A stretch of DNA of 64,000 nt from positions 21-64,020 of the forward strand of contig JBEPZO010000003.1 in NCBI GenBank assembly GCA_041640815.1, in the 5' to 3' direction. Both the position numbers and the translations under genes were made by a program. Of this stretch, positions 40,580 through 52,889 are shown piece by piece; position 1 is the first letter of the stretch, and each line of letters opens with the position of its first letter. The notes beneath the pieces were generated by a model. It made no database searches, was not told the origin of the DNA, and saw nothing but the letters and a program-made list of their open reading frames with translations. Source of the DNA: Thiobacillaceae bacterium (lineage in GTDB: Bacteria; Pseudomonadota; Gammaproteobacteria; Burkholderiales; Thiobacillaceae).

Positions 40580-43500
40580 TTAACGCGGGCTGGAGGCCGT
40601 GGGCGCGGCGGGGAAGCGATACCGCCACCACTGCAGGACACGCCCGTGCAGGGACTCATAGAACGACAGCATGGCTGGCAGCCAAAACAGCGTGACGAGG
40701 GTGGTCACGACCAGGCCGAAGCTGATGCTGGTGGCCATGGGGATGAGGAACTGCGCCTGCAGCGAGCGCTCGCTCAAAAGGCCGGATAACCCGCCGATGG
40801 TGGTGAGCGAGGTGAGCAGGATGGCCCTGAAGCGCAGGCAGGCCGCATTGATCAAGGCCTCGCGCACGGCCACCCCCTGCTCGCGCTGATGCCGGTAGAA
40901 CTCGGTGAGGATGATGGAATCGTTGACCACGATGCCGGACAGCCCGAACAGGCCAAACAGCGACAGCACCGTCAAGTCGAGCCCCATCAGCCAGTGGCCG
41001 AAGACCGCGCCCGCCAGGCCGAAGGGGATGGCGAGCATGATGATCAGCGGCCAGCCATAGTGCGCGAAGACCCAGGTGAGGATGAGGTAGATGAGGGCAA
41101 GGCCGAGGATCATGCCCAGCCGCATGTCGCCGAGGGTTTTGCGCTGATCGGCAGCGCGGCCCTCGAATGACCAGCGTATGCCATGGCGCTCGCTCAGTTC
41201 GCGCAACGTGGTCTCGGCGAGCTGGGCCAGGATCTCGTTGCTATTGGCCACTGCGCTCATGACTTGGGCATTGACCTCTACCGCGAGCTGTGTCTCGGCG
41301 TGGCGCAGGGCCTCGAACCCCTGTCGGCTCTGCCAAGTGGCCACCGTCGCAAGCGGCACCCAGGAGCCGTCCGGGGCACGCACGGTCAGGCGATCGAGGC
41401 TCGCGAGGCTGTTGCGCTCTGCCGCCGGCAGGCGCAGGCGAACCTCCACTTCCTCGGTGCCGTCCTGGAACAACTGGACCAGGCGGCCATCGTAGGCCGC
41501 GCGCAACTGCCGCGCCAGCTCCTCCACCGTAAAGCCGAGCGCCTCGCCGGCGGGAGTGAGGCGAAACAGGATCTGCTCGCGCCCATAGGGCATGTCGTCC
41601 TCGATGCCATAGACGCCGGGGATCTTGCGCAGCACCGCCATGAGCTCCAGCGCTGCCTGTTTGAGCGTGTGGGCATCGCGGCCGGTGAGCCGCACCTGGA
41701 TGTCGGAGCCAGGCGGGCCGGCGCGGCGTGGCGCGACCACGAAGGTCTCCATCCCCGCCGGCAGTTGAATGCGCGACTGCCAAGCCTGCACGAATTGATC
41801 GGTACGCACGGTGCGCGCATCGGAAGGGATGAGCTCCACCGTCAGCGAGCCGAACTGATCCCCTTGCCGCAGCAGCAGATCGCCCGACAAGGCGCCGCTG
41901 CGCAGCACCGACTGGGCGACAAGCCCGCCACCTAGCGCCTCCTCGGTCTCGGCCAAGGTCTGGCGTAGGTGCTCGAGGAAGGCATCGACCTGCGCGCGCG
42001 GTGTACCGCTGGCGAAGGTGGCGTTGGCGAAGATCATGTAGGGTTCGGGGGTGGGGAAGAAGGTGAATTTCACCCGCCCGCCGACGATCAGCCCCACCGC
42101 CAGGATCAGTAAGGCAATCCCCGCCACCACCGTGCTGGCACGCCAGTCAAGCGCCTGCGTCACCAGGCGGCGGAAGGGCCCATCGCGCAGCCGGTCGAAA
42201 CCGCGCTCCAGGCGCGCGCGCAGGCGGCTAGCGCTGGCGGCCGATTCGCGCGCGAAGGCGCTGCGCAGGTGCGCGGGCAGCACCAAGAAACACTCCACCA
42301 CCGAGGCCAGCAGCACGCACACCATGATGAAGGGGATGTCGAACATGATCTTGCCGATGGGACCGGAGACCAGCATCAGCGGGATGAAGGCCGCCACGGT
42401 GGTGAGGCTGGAGGCGATGACCGGCCAGAACATCCGCCGCGCCCCGCCCTCGGCGGCAGCAAGCGGCGGCTCGCCCATGCGCCGGTGGGCGTAGGCATCT
42501 TCGCCCACGACGATGGCGTCGTCGACGATGACGCCTAGGGCCATGATCAGGGCGAACAGGCTCATCATGTTGATCGTGCCGCCCATCGCCCAGAGCACGG
42601 CCAACGTGGCCATGAAGGCGGTGGGGATGCCCATCGCCACCCATAGGGTGACGCGACCGTTGAGAAACAGCAGTAGGATGCCCACCACGATGACGAGGCC
42701 CAGCAGGCCGTTCTTCAGCAGCAGGCTGATGCGTTCGTCGATGAGGCTCCATTGTTCGTCATAGACCTTGAGCTCGACGGACTTGGGTAGCCGCGGCCGC
42801 GTATCCTTGAGCCACTGGTGCAGGATCTTGGCCGCCTTGAGCGAGTGCCCCTGCTCCGCACGCTTCAGTTGCAGCTCGACGGCTGGACGTCCAGCCACCT
42901 CCAAGAACTGGCTGCCGTCGCGCGCCTGGCGCGTGATCTTGGCCACCTGGCCGAGCTCGATGCGGGTCCCGGCCTCGGTGACCAAGGGCAGGTCGGCATA
43001 GTCGCGCGGGTCCTTGCGCAGGTTGACGCCACGCACCTCGCGTTCGACCTCCGCCTCACCCAACCTGCCTGCCGGGGCGTCCCGGTTGATGGCCATGAGG
43101 CGCTGTGCGACCTGATCCAGTGAGAGCCCCAGGCGCTCCAGCTCGCGCGTCGGGATCTCGATGGCTATCTCTTCCTCCGGCAGGCCAAGGACGTCGATCT
43201 TGTCGACGCCGCGCGCGAGTAGCTCGGCCTCGAAACGGCGCGCCAGGGTGCGCAGTTCGGTGAGGTTGTCGCCGATGATGAGCAGGCGCGCGATCGGCTC
43301 GTAGCGCACCACCCGGGTGACCTGCGGCGGCTCGGCATCGGCCGGCAGATTGCGGAATTCGCTCACCGCCTGCTTCACCTCATCGAGGGCGGTGATGGGA
43401 TCCGTGCCCTCTTTCAGTTCCAGCGTGATGCTTGCCAGGCCCAGGGTCGAGGTGGAGGTGAGCTTGTCCAGGCCGGCTACGGTTTTGAGCCGTTGCTCCA

Positions 43501-43708
43501 ACGGCGTGGTGATCGCCTCCTCCACATCCTCGGCCGCCGCACCGCGCCACTCCACCCGCACGCTGATGACGTCGAGATCGAAGTTGGGAAAGAACTGGAT
43601 GTTCAGCCTGCTCAAGGCAAAAAGGCCCGCCACGATCAGCATGATCATGAGCAAATTGCCCGCCACTGGGTGGCGGGCAAAGGCGGCGACGAGATCGCGG
43701 CGAGGCAT
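40580..43708 (-). CDS. RND-superfamily efflux transporter permease (AcrB/AcrD/AcrF-like)
   Basis: 1042 aa, 12-TM architecture with two large periplasmic loops. N-terminus ..NLLMIMLIVAGLFALSRLNIQFFPNFDLDVISV.V.W.GA.AEDVE..IT.P.E is typical. Confidence 0.9.
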   Translation of the reverse strand: MPRRDLVAAFARHPVAGNLLMIMLIVAGLFALSRLNIQFFPNFDLDVISVRVEWRGAAAEDVEEAITTPLEQRLKTVAGLDKLTSTSTLGLASITLELKEGTDPITALDEVKQAVSEFRNLPADAEPPQVTRVVRYEPIARLLIIGDNLTELRTLARRFEAELLARGVDKIDVLGLPEEEIAIEIPTRELERLGLSLDQVAQRLMAINRDAPAGRLGEAEVEREVRGVNLRKDPRDYADLPLVTEAGTRIELGQVAKITRQARDGSQFLEVAGRPAVELQLKRAEQGHSLKAAKILHQWLKDTRPRLPKSVELKVYDEQWSLIDERISLLLKNGLLGLVIVVGILLLFLNGRVTLWVAMGIPTAFMATLAVLWAMGGTINMMSLFALIMALGVIVDDAIVVGEDAYAHRRMGEPPLAAAEGGARRMFWPVIASSLTTVAAFIPLMLVSGPIGKIMFDIPFIMVCVLLASVVECFLVLPAHLRSAFARESAASASRLRARLERGFDRLRDGPFRRLVTQALDWRASTVVAGIALLILAVGLIVGGRVKFTFFPTPEPYMIFANATFASGTPRAQVDAFLEHLRQTLAETEEALGGGLVAQSVLRSGALSGDLLLRQGDQFGSLTVELIPSDARTVRTDQFVQAWQSRIQLPAGMETFVVAPRRAGPPGSDIQVRLTGRDAHTLKQAALELMAVLRKIPGVYGIEDDMPYGREQILFRLTPAGEALGFTVEELARQLRAAYDGRLVQLFQDGTEEVEVRLRLPAAERNSLASLDRLTVRAPDGSWVPLATVATWQSRQGFEALRHAETQLAVEVNAQVMSAVANSNEILAQLAETTLRELSERHGIRWSFEGRAADQRKTLGDMRLGMILGLALIYLILTWVFAHYGWPLIIMLAIPFGLAGAVFGHWLMGLDLTVLSLFGLFGLSGIVVNDSIILTEFYRHQREQGVAVREALINAACLRFRAILLTSLTTIGGLSGLLSERSLQAQFLIPMATSISFGLVVTTLVTLFWLPAMLSFYESLHGRVLQWWRYRFPAAPTASSPR

Positions 43709-43780
43709 GGAGGTGGCCTAGAGAAAACGTGCGGTGGGCGTCCGTTCAGGATGTGCGCAGCGCTGGCATGCCTGGACGGA

Positions 43781-44974
43781 CTAGCCGCTTGCCAGGGCGG
43801 TGCCAAGCGCCTGCGCCAGATCGGCCTTGAGGTCGTCAGGGTGTTCCAGGCCCACTGCGATGCGGATGAGGCCATCGCCGATGCCGGCCGCCGCCCGCTG
43901 CTCCGCCGTCATGCGGCTATGGGTGGTGCTGGCGGGGTGCGTGATGGTGGTCTTGGCATCGCCCAGGTTGGCGGTGATGGACATCAGGCGCGTGGCGTCG
44001 ATGACCCGCCAGGCGGCGGCCTGGCCCCCCTCGACCTCGAAGGAGAGGATGCCGCCGCCACCCGACTGCTGCCTTTGCGCCAGCTCGTACTGGGGATGCG
44101 AGGGAAGCCCCGGGTAGTACACCCGGGTCACACCGGGCTGGCGCTCCAACCATTGCGCCAGCTCAAGCGCGTTGCGCGTATGGGCCTGCATGCGTAGCGG
44201 CAGGGTCTCCAGGCCCTTGAGCAAAACCCAGGCATTGAAGGCAGAGAGGCTAGGGCCAGCGGTGCGCAAGAAGGCAAAGACCCCCTCCATCAGCTCCCTG
44301 CTACCCAGAACGGCGCCGCCCAACACCCGCCCCTGGCCGTCGAGATACTTGGTGGCAGAGTGAATGACGATGTCCGCCCCCAGTTGCAAAGGGCGTTGCA
44401 GGACGGGGGTGCAAAAACAGTTGTCCACCGCCAACACCGCACCGGCTGCGTGCGCGATGTCGGCCAGGGTGCGGATGTCGCTCACCTCGGTGAGCGGGTT
44501 GGATGGCGACTCCAAAAAGAAGAGGCGGGTGTTGGGCCTCACCGCTGCCTGCCACTCGGCCGGCTCGGTGGGGGAGACGAAGCTCGTCTCGATGCCGAAG
44601 CGCGCCAGGATGGTGGTAAATAACTGCACCGTGGAGCCGAAGATGGCGCGCGAGGCGACCACATGTTCGCCGGCGCGCATGAGCCCCATCACTGTGGCGA
44701 GGATGGCCGCCATGCCGGAAGCGAAGGCCACGCAGCGCTGCGCGCCTTCCAGTGCGGCCAGCCGTGCCTCGAACATGGACACCGTCGGGTTGGTGAAACG
44801 GGAGTAGATGGGGCCCGGTTCGGTGCCGGCGAAGCGGGCCGCCGCCTCCGCCGCGCTGGTGAAAACGAAGCTGGAGGTCAGAAACATGGCCTCCGAGTGC
44901 TCCATGAACTGGCTGCGCGCGGTCCCCGTTCGGATGGCCATGGTCTCTGGGTGCAAGGTGTGGGTCACGGTCAT
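43781..44974 (-). CDS. metZ: O-succinylhomoserine sulfhydrylase (Cys/Met-metabolism PLP enzyme)
   Basis: ..YSRF.NPT....E.RLA.LEG......F.SGMAA......HSATKY.DG.. PLP-lysine motif. metZ-purF adjacency is as in many proteobacteria. Confidence 0.8.
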   Translation of the reverse strand: MTVTHTLHPETMAIRTGTARSQFMEHSEAMFLTSSFVFTSAAEAAARFAGTEPGPIYSRFTNPTVSMFEARLAALEGAQRCVAFASGMAAILATVMGLMRAGEHVVASRAIFGSTVQLFTTILARFGIETSFVSPTEPAEWQAAVRPNTRLFFLESPSNPLTEVSDIRTLADIAHAAGAVLAVDNCFCTPVLQRPLQLGADIVIHSATKYLDGQGRVLGGAVLGSRELMEGVFAFLRTAGPSLSAFNAWVLLKGLETLPLRMQAHTRNALELAQWLERQPGVTRVYYPGLPSHPQYELAQRQQSGGGGILSFEVEGGQAAAWRVIDATRLMSITANLGDAKTTITHPASTTHSRMTAEQRAAAGIGDGLIRIAVGLEHPDDLKADLAQALGTALASG

Positions 44975-45029
44975 GCCTCCCGCAGCAAAGGGCTGATGTT
45001 AGCGCAACGCGGCGGCCACCACTCAAGCG

Positions 45030-46544
45030 TCAGTGCGCCAGATTGAGATGCAATTGCCGCGTGGGCAAGGACTGGCGCGCAGGGATGAGGCCGTTGCGCT
45101 GCGCCTCGAGCAGGGCGAGGTACTCCTCTGTCACGTCGCCGGTGATGTAGCGGCCGTCGAAACAAGAGGCCTCGAAGGATTGAAGCCGTGGGTTGACCGA
45201 CTGCACCGCCTGGATGAGGTCGGGCAGGTCTTGGTAGATGACGGCATCGGCACCGATCTCACGGCAGATCTCTTCCTCGGTGCGGCCGTTGGCCAAGAGC
45301 TCGCTGCGGGTCGGCATGTCGATGCCATAGACATTGGGGAAGCGCACCGGCGGGCTCGCCGAGGCGAAATACACCCGATGCGCGCCTGAATCCCGCGCCA
45401 TCTGGATGATCTCTCGGCTGGTGGTACCGCGCACGATGGAGTCGTCCACCAGCAGCACGTTCTTGCCGCGAAACTCCAAGGCCATCGCGTTGAGCTTCTG
45501 GCGTACGGATTTCTTGCGCACGGCCTGGCCGGGCATGATGAAGGTGCGGCCGATGTAGCGGTTCTTGATGAAGCCCTCGCGGTAGGGCAGGTTCAGGCGC
45601 ATGGCGAGCTGCAAAGCGCTCGGCCGGCTGGTGTCCGGGATGGGGATCACCACGTCGATGTCCAGGTGGCGATATTCACGCCGGATCTTGTCGGCCAGCA
45701 TCTCGCCCATGCGCAGCCGCGTCTCGTAGACGGAGGTGCCGTCCAGAACCGAATCCGGACGCGCGAAATAGACGAATTCGAAGATGCAGGGGTTGAGGCT
45801 GGCGTGCTCGGCACAGGGGTGGCTATGAAACTGGCCGTCGAGGGTGACGATGACGGCCTCACCCGGCGCCACGTCGCGCACGGGGCTGAAGCCCAGGGCA
45901 TCGAGGGCCACGCTCTCGGAGGCCACCATCCAGTCATGACCCGTCGGCGTCTCCAAACGCCCGATGATCAGCGGCCGGATGCCGTAGGGGTCGCGGAAGG
46001 CCAGCAGACCGAAACCCGCGATCATCGCCACGACGGCATAGGCGCCGCGGCAGCGGCGATGCACGCCGGCAACCGCAGCGAATACATCCTCCACCGTGAG
46101 GCGGTGGCCGTGCACCGCCTCATGCAGCTCGTGCGCCAGCACGTTGAGCAGGACCTCTGAGTCCGAACCCGTGTTCACATGCCGCAGGTCCTCCCGAAAC
46201 AACTCGTCCTGGAGCTCGGCGGTGTTGGTCAGATTGCCGTTATGCCCCAGCACGATGCCGAAGGGGGAATTGACGTAAAAGGGCTGGGCTTCTGCCGGGC
46301 TCGACGGGGTGCCTGCCGTGGGATAACGCACGTGGGCAATGCCGGCATTGCCCACGAGGTTACGCATGTCACGCGTGCGGAAGACGTCCCGGACCATGCC
46401 GGTGGACTTGTGCATGTGGAACATGCTGCCATCGGCGGTGACGATGCCGGCCGCATCCTGCCCCCGGTGCTGCAGCATCTGCAAGCCGTCGTAGAGGAGC
46501 TGGTTGACCGGCTGGTTGGAGACGATACCAAGGATGCCACACAT
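45030..46544 (-). CDS. purF: Amidophosphoribosyltransferase
   Basis: MCGILGI N-terminal nucleophile, RGQDAAGI, and PRPP motif [13 protein letters not shown]. 504 aa. Confidence 0.95.
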   Translation of the reverse strand: MCGILGIVSNQPVNQLLYDGLQMLQHRGQDAAGIVTADGSMFHMHKSTGMVRDVFRTRDMRNLVGNAGIAHVRYPTAGTPSSPAEAQPFYVNSPFGIVLGHNGNLTNTAELQDELFREDLRHVNTGSDSEVLLNVLAHELHEAVHGHRLTVEDVFAAVAGVHRRCRGAYAVVAMIAGFGLLAFRDPYGIRPLIIGRLETPTGHDWMVASESVALDALGFSPVRDVAPGEAVIVTLDGQFHSHPCAEHASLNPCIFEFVYFARPDSVLDGTSVYETRLRMGEMLADKIRREYRHLDIDVVIPIPDTSRPSALQLAMRLNLPYREGFIKNRYIGRTFIMPGQAVRKKSVRQKLNAMALEFRGKNVLLVDDSIVRGTTSREIIQMARDSGAHRVYFASASPPVRFPNVYGIDMPTRSELLANGRTEEEICREIGADAVIYQDLPDLIQAVQSVNPRLQSFEASCFDGRYITGDVTEEYLALLEAQRNGLIPARQSLPTRQLHLNLAH

Positions 46545-46640
46545 GATTTACCCTCTTGCGTCAGAGGCGGGTCGCGCCCACGATCGATTTTCCACCGCCT
46601 GGTCCGGCCAGGGGCTGTATGGAGCGATGCGCATGCTCGA

Positions 46641-47126
46641 CTAATAGCGGATGTGCTGCACCAGCTGCGCTGGCAGGAAGGCCATGACGGTCCTGGCGCC
46701 CGTTTCGAGCGCTTCATTGAGCAGCGCGTCCTGCCAAAACCGCGTCTGCGGCAGCGCGGTCAGCCCCGCCAGCAGCGTGAACAGAAGCACGACCAAGCCA
46801 CCGCGTGCGAGCCCAAACAGCAGGCCCAGCAATTTGTCGTAGAAGCCGAGTCCAACCCATTTCACCATCCCTGCCAGGACTGCGCCGCCCAAGCTGGCTG
46901 CCCCGACGGTGACGACGAAGACCAAGATGACCGCGGCGAAGTGACGCAAGGCCTCGCTCGCCACGCCCGGCACCAGCGGTGCCACCAGCGGCGCAAGCGA
47001 CTTGGCGAGGATGAAGGCAAGCACCCAGGCCCCGAGGGAAAAGACCTCGCGGATCAGGCCGCGCATCAGGCCAATCACCGCCGAGGCGGCGAGAACGCCG
47101 AGGACGATGAGGTCGAGCGCGGTCAT
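46641..47126 (-). CDS. cvpA: Colicin V production protein CvpA (membrane)
   Basis: M.ALD.IVLGVL..S...G..RG.IREV.SL..W..AF motif, four TM segments. Sits in the dedD-cvpA-purF context. Confidence 0.85.
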   Translation of the reverse strand: MTALDLIVLGVLAASAVIGLMRGLIREVFSLGAWVLAFILAKSLAPLVAPLVPGVASEALRHFAAVILVFVVTVGAASLGGAVLAGMVKWVGLGFYDKLLGLLFGLARGGLVVLLFTLLAGLTALPQTRFWQDALLNEALETGARTVMAFLPAQLVQHIRY

Positions 47127-47133
47127 CCCCGAC

Positions 47134-47760
47134 TCAAGGCCCCAGCAGAATCGGTCCGAACCCCTTGGCGCGCAGCTTGGCCTGCACCTCCAGGGCCTCG
47201 CTGCGCTGCGCATAGGGGCCCATGCGCACCCGCACCTGGCCGCCGACATGCTGGACCACGACGGCGAAACCCGCCGCCCGCGCCTTGTCGGCCAACTGCT
47301 GGGCGTTGGCCGCGTTGCTGAAGGCGCCCAGCTGCAGATAATAGCCGCGCGCAGCAAAGGCCTCCGACGCCGGCGCGGCGCCCTGGTCGCGTGTCTGCGC
47401 CACCTTGGGGGCGGCAGGGGCGCGAGGAGTGGCGGGGGCGGGCTCGGACGCCGTGTCAGGGGGGGTCTTGGCGGGCGCAGGGTTGACCGTTGGCGCTTGC
47501 GGTGCGGTCTGCGCGATAGGCGTGGCCGGCTCGACCGCCTCCTCGGCCGAGGCGGCAGCGGGCGCTTGGGGATCAAACGGCGTGGACTGATCGGGGATGC
47601 GGATGTCCACGCCTGGCCCCAAGGGTTTGGGCTCCGGGTTGAATAGCATGGGCAGCACGACCACGGCGAAAAGGGCCAAGGCGATGGCCCCTACCAGCCG
47701 CCGCCGCGCCCGCCGGCGCAGTTCCAACTCCTCATTCGTCAGCGTATCGCTCTCGGCCAT
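47134..47760 (-). CDS. SPOR-domain cell-division protein (DedD-like)
   Basis: N-terminal TM anchor, Pro/Ala-rich linker, C-terminal SPOR domain (YYLQLGAFSNAANAQQL...L...GF......VRVR.GPY). Confidence 0.75.
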   Translation of the reverse strand: MAESDTLTNEELELRRRARRRLVGAIALALFAVVVLPMLFNPEPKPLGPGVDIRIPDQSTPFDPQAPAAASAEEAVEPATPIAQTAPQAPTVNPAPAKTPPDTASEPAPATPRAPAAPKVAQTRDQGAAPASEAFAARGYYLQLGAFSNAANAQQLADKARAAGFAVVVQHVGGQVRVRMGPYAQRSEALEVQAKLRAKGFGPILLGP

Positions 47761-47922
47761 GCCCCCTCGCCTCCCTCCGCCTCGCCCGACAGCGGCGCGG
47801 CCAGTGCCCACCGCCATGCAGGCCGTATTCCCGCCGCGGGCATAAGCCCACTCGGCACCCCGGGCCGCTTCCCGCCGCTTTCCGACCGATCCGCCTTTGC
47901 ACCGCTGTCCTCGCGCCCGGCT

Positions 47923-49263
47923 TCAGGCCGCCAGGTCACGCTTGCCAGATCTTGCGGCCAAGACACGGGTGGCGGCAGCCACGGTGTGGAAGGAACCGAA
48001 AATGACAATTATATCGGCTGGGCCGGCGCTCGCACAGGCCGCATCTAGTGCGTCGGCGACCTCGGCATGCGCCTGGGCGGCCTCGATCTCGGCGTCTTTG
48101 AGCAACCCGAGCAGGGCGTCAGCGGACAGCCCGCGCGGACCAGGCAGGCCGGCGACGTACCAGGCATCGATGTGGGGACGCAGCGCGCGCACGACGGCGC
48201 GCACGTCCTTGTCACGCAGCATGCCGAACACGGCGAGGCGGCGGCCCCCGGCGCCGAGGCCGGACAGATTGGCCGCCAGTGCCCGCGCTGCCTGCGGGTT
48301 GTGCGCCACATCCAGGATGAAGGTGGGCGCACCAGGCAGGACCTGAAAACGTCCGGCTAGACGCGCCTGCGCCAAACCCGTGCGCAGGGCCTGCAGGCTC
48401 ACCGGCAGGCGGTCGCGTAACGTCTCCAGGGCGGTGATCGCCGCCGCCGCATTGGCGAGCTGAAACGCACCGGGCAGGGCCGGCGGCGGCAGCTCCGCAT
48501 AGCGCCGATTGCCGACACGGCAGGTCCAGCTGCCCTGCTGGGCCTCGATGCCGATCTCATGGCCCAAGCGGTAAAGCTTCGCGCCCACGGCATGGGCGTG
48601 GTCGAGCAGACTCTGGGGGGGCTCGGGGTCGGTCACCACGGCGGGGCGTCCAGGGCGGAAGATGCCGGCCTTCTCTCGGCCTATGGCCTCGCGGCTATGC
48701 CCCAGATAGTCCTGATGATCGAGGTCCACCGAGGTGATCACGGCACAATCGGCATCGAAGACATTGACCGCATCCAGGCGGCCGCCCAAGCCCACTTCCA
48801 ACACCGCGGCCGTCACGCCGAGTCGGTTGAACAGCCAGACGGCAGCCAGGGTGCCATGCTCGAAATAGGTCAAAGGGATGTCGCCGCGCGCGGCTTCGAC
48901 CGCGGCTAAGGCAGCCATATGCATGGCGTCGGGCAGCGCCGCGCTGGCCACGCGCACCCGCTCGCCGTAGTGCAGCAGGTGGGGCGAGGTGTAGCAACCC
49001 ACGCGATAGCCCGCCTCGGTGAGCACGGCCTCCAGATAGGCGCAGGTCGAGCCCTTGCCATTGGTGCCGCCGACGGTGATCACCGGACAGGAGAGGGTCA
49101 AGCCTAGACGGCCGCGCACCGCCTCCACCCGCTCGAGTCCGAGCGCGATGCCGACCGGGTGTCTGACCTCGAGCCAGGTCAGCCAGTCAGACAGGCACTT
49201 CGGCTCAGCCCGCCGCTTCGTGCTGCCGGCAGACCGACCTGGACGGGTCGTCTCTTGCTTCAA
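47923..49263 (-). CDS. folC: Bifunctional folylpolyglutamate synthase / dihydrofolate synthase
   Basis: L.DWL..LE......I.LGLERV, P-loop VGGTNGKGST, ..DHQ..LG.. motifs. Confidence 0.9.
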   Translation of the reverse strand: MKQETTRPGRSAGSTKRRAEPKCLSDWLTWLEVRHPVGIALGLERVEAVRGRLGLTLSCPVITVGGTNGKGSTCAYLEAVLTEAGYRVGCYTSPHLLHYGERVRVASAALPDAMHMAALAAVEAARGDIPLTYFEHGTLAAVWLFNRLGVTAAVLEVGLGGRLDAVNVFDADCAVITSVDLDHQDYLGHSREAIGREKAGIFRPGRPAVVTDPEPPQSLLDHAHAVGAKLYRLGHEIGIEAQQGSWTCRVGNRRYAELPPPALPGAFQLANAAAAITALETLRDRLPVSLQALRTGLAQARLAGRFQVLPGAPTFILDVAHNPQAARALAANLSGLGAGGRRLAVFGMLRDKDVRAVVRALRPHIDAWYVAGLPGPRGLSADALLGLLKDAEIEAAQAHAEVADALDAACASAGPADIIVIFGSFHTVAAATRVLAARSGKRDLAA

Positions 49264-49280
49264 CCCCGATCGACCGGACT

Positions 49281-50150
49281 TTACGCTTTGGGTACGGGTT
49301 TACGCATGAGGGCCGCGAGCAGGCGAGCGATGGTCTTACGCAGCTCGCGGCGATCGACGATCATGTCGATGGCGCCGTGCTCGAGCAGGAATTCCGAGCG
49401 CTGAAAGCCTTCCGGCAGCTTCTCCCGCACCGTCTGCTCGATCACCCGCGGCCCGGCGAAACCGATCAGCGCCCCGGGCTCGGCGATGATGACGTCGCCG
49501 AGCATGGCGAGGCTGGCCGACACGCCGCCCATGGTGGGGTCGGTGAGCACCGAGATGAACGGTAGCCGATGCGCGGCGAGCTGGGTGAGGGCGGCGCTGG
49601 TCTTGGCCATCTGCATGAGCGACAGCAGCCCCTCCTGCATGCGGGCGCCGCCGCTGGCGGTAAAGCAGATGAAGGGTTGTTTGCCCTTGATGGCGGCATC
49701 GACCCCGCGCACGAAACGCTCGCCGACCACCGATCCCATGGAGCCGCCCATGAAGCGAAACTCGAAGGCGGCCGCCACCACAGGCATGCCCATGACCTTG
49801 CCCGCAACCACCACCAGGGCATCCTTTTCGCCGGTCTCCTTGCTCGCCTCGGCGATGCGCTCGCTGTATTTACGGCTGTCCTTGAAGCGCAGGGTATCCA
49901 CGGGGGAGATGTTGGCGCCGATCTCGGTCTGCTCGCCGGCATCGAGCAGAAGCTCGAGCCGCTTCCTGGCACCGATGCGGTTGTGATAGCCGCACTGTGG
50001 ACAGACCTGGGCGTTGTTGTCCAAATCAGCGGCATAGAGCACGGCCTCGCAGCTCGGGCACTTGCTCCAAAGCCCTTCGGGCACGGTCTTCTTGGCCGCC
50101 TCGACCCGGCGCTGGATCTTGGGCGGCAGGATCTTCTGGAACCAGCTCAT
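49281..50150 (-). CDS. accD: Acetyl-CoA carboxylase carboxyltransferase beta subunit
   Basis: Zinc ribbon CPSC..(15)..CPQCGYH, followed by the GGSMG carboxyltransferase core. Confidence 0.95.
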   Translation of the reverse strand: MSWFQKILPPKIQRRVEAAKKTVPEGLWSKCPSCEAVLYAADLDNNAQVCPQCGYHNRIGARKRLELLLDAGEQTEIGANISPVDTLRFKDSRKYSERIAEASKETGEKDALVVVAGKVMGMPVVAAAFEFRFMGGSMGSVVGERFVRGVDAAIKGKQPFICFTASGGARMQEGLLSLMQMAKTSAALTQLAAHRLPFISVLTDPTMGGVSASLAMLGDVIIAEPGALIGFAGPRVIEQTVREKLPEGFQRSEFLLEHGAIDMIVDRRELRKTIARLLAALMRKPVPKA

Positions 50151-50980
50151 TGCGGCGGCGAAAGGTGTTGGGTTGGCGGATCATGCGCGTCGATGGCGGC
50201 GCGCAGGCCGGCGACCAGGTCGCGCACGTTTTCGAGCAGGGTCGCGCGCGGTGAGCGCTCGATCTCTTGCACCACGCGGCTGCCGATGACCACCGCATCG
50301 GCAAGCTGCGCCACTCGGCGAGCAGTCTCGGCATCGCGGATGCCGAAGCCCACACCGATGGGCAGATCGGTGTGGGCGCGGATGCGCGGCAGCCTTGCCG
50401 CCACCTCGGCGAGATCGAGGCGATCGGCACCGGTGACCCCCTTCAAGGAGACGTAGTAGATGAAGCCGCTGGCCTGGCGGGCGATGGCTGCGACGCGCGC
50501 CTCGGGGGTGGTTGGCGCGAGCAGGAAGATGGCGTCCAGGCCATTTTTCATCAAGTTGGCGGCAAACTCGGCCGCCTCCTCGGGTGGGTAATCCACCGTC
50601 AGCACGCCGTCTACGCCTGCCGTGCGGGCCGCCTGGCAAAAGTGTTCCTGCCCCATGGCCTCGATCGGATTGGCGTAGCCCATGAGCACCACAGGGGTAT
50701 CGCTGTCGCTGCCACGGAATGCCTCAACCATGGCCAGGACCTGGCGCAGGCTCACGCCGTGCCGCAAGGCGCGCTCCGAGCTGCGCTGGATGGTCGGACC
50801 ATCGGCCATGGGGTCGGAAAAAGGCACCCCCAATTCGAGGATATCTGCCCCTGCCGCAACCAGGGTGTGCAGCAAGGGCACGGTGAGGGCGGGCTCGGGA
50901 TCGCCGGCGGTGATGAAGGGGATGAGCGCCTTGCGGCCCTGCGCCTTGAGGCTGGCGAAACGTTGGGCGATGCGCGACAT
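50147..50980 (-). CDS. trpA: Tryptophan synthase alpha chain
   Basis: [46 protein letters not shown]. Its stop overlaps the accD start. Confidence 0.9.
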   Translation of the reverse strand: MSRIAQRFASLKAQGRKALIPFITAGDPEPALTVPLLHTLVAAGADILELGVPFSDPMADGPTIQRSSERALRHGVSLRQVLAMVEAFRGSDSDTPVVLMGYANPIEAMGQEHFCQAARTAGVDGVLTVDYPPEEAAEFAANLMKNGLDAIFLLAPTTPEARVAAIARQASGFIYYVSLKGVTGADRLDLAEVAARLPRIRAHTDLPIGVGFGIRDAETARRVAQLADAVVIGSRVVQEIERSPRATLLENVRDLVAGLRAAIDAHDPPTQHLSPPQ

Positions 50981-50991
50981 GGGTCTGATGC

Positions 50992-52252
<1,261 letters not shown>

Positions 52253-52266
<14 letters not shown>

Positions 52267-52873
52267 TGCGCACCTCTCGAATGAATCTGGCGATCCGGCC
52301 TGCGTCCTTGATGCCCTTGTCGACCTCCACCCCGCTGGAGACATCGACGGCCCACGGCCGCACACGGCGAACCGCTTCGGCAACGTTGTCGGGGGTGAGC
52401 CCGCCGGCCAGGATGATCGGCCGGGGCAAGTCGGGAGGGATCAAGTCCCAGTCGAAGCGCTGACCGGTGCCGCCGGGGCTGCTGGGGTGATAGGCATCCA
52501 GCAGTAGGCCGCGCGCGCCGGCATAGACGTTGGCGTATTGTAGCAAATCCGTCTCTGGCCTCACCCGCACCGCCTTGAGGTAAGGGATGCCGAAAGCGGC
52601 GCAGAATGCGGGCGGCTCATCGCCATGGAACTGCAGCAGATCTGGGCGCATAAGCTGCAGCACCGCCCGCACCTCGGATGGCGTCGGATCCACAAACAGG
52701 GCTACGGTCGTCACGAAAGGCGGCAGCACTTGAGTGATCGCCGCCGCCTGTTCCACGCTCACCCGCCGCGGACTGGCGGCGGCGAACACCAGGCCGATGG
52801 CATCGGCCCCGGCATGCGCCGCCGCCAGCGCGTCTTCGATGCGGGTGATGCCGCAGATCTTCACCCGGGTCAT
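52253..52873 (-). CDS. trpF: Phosphoribosylanthranilate isomerase
   Basis: [13 protein letters not shown]...GADAIG.VF...SPR.V......LQFHG.E motifs. Confidence 0.9.
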
Positions 52874-52889
52874 GGCCTAAAAAAGCATC

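Noticed and set aside
44975-45029. Possible SAM or other riboswitch ahead of metZ. T-box or leader elements ahead of glnS, cysS and the trp genes were also considered.
   Set aside because: The spacers are too short (tens of nucleotides) and lack the conserved cores of these elements.
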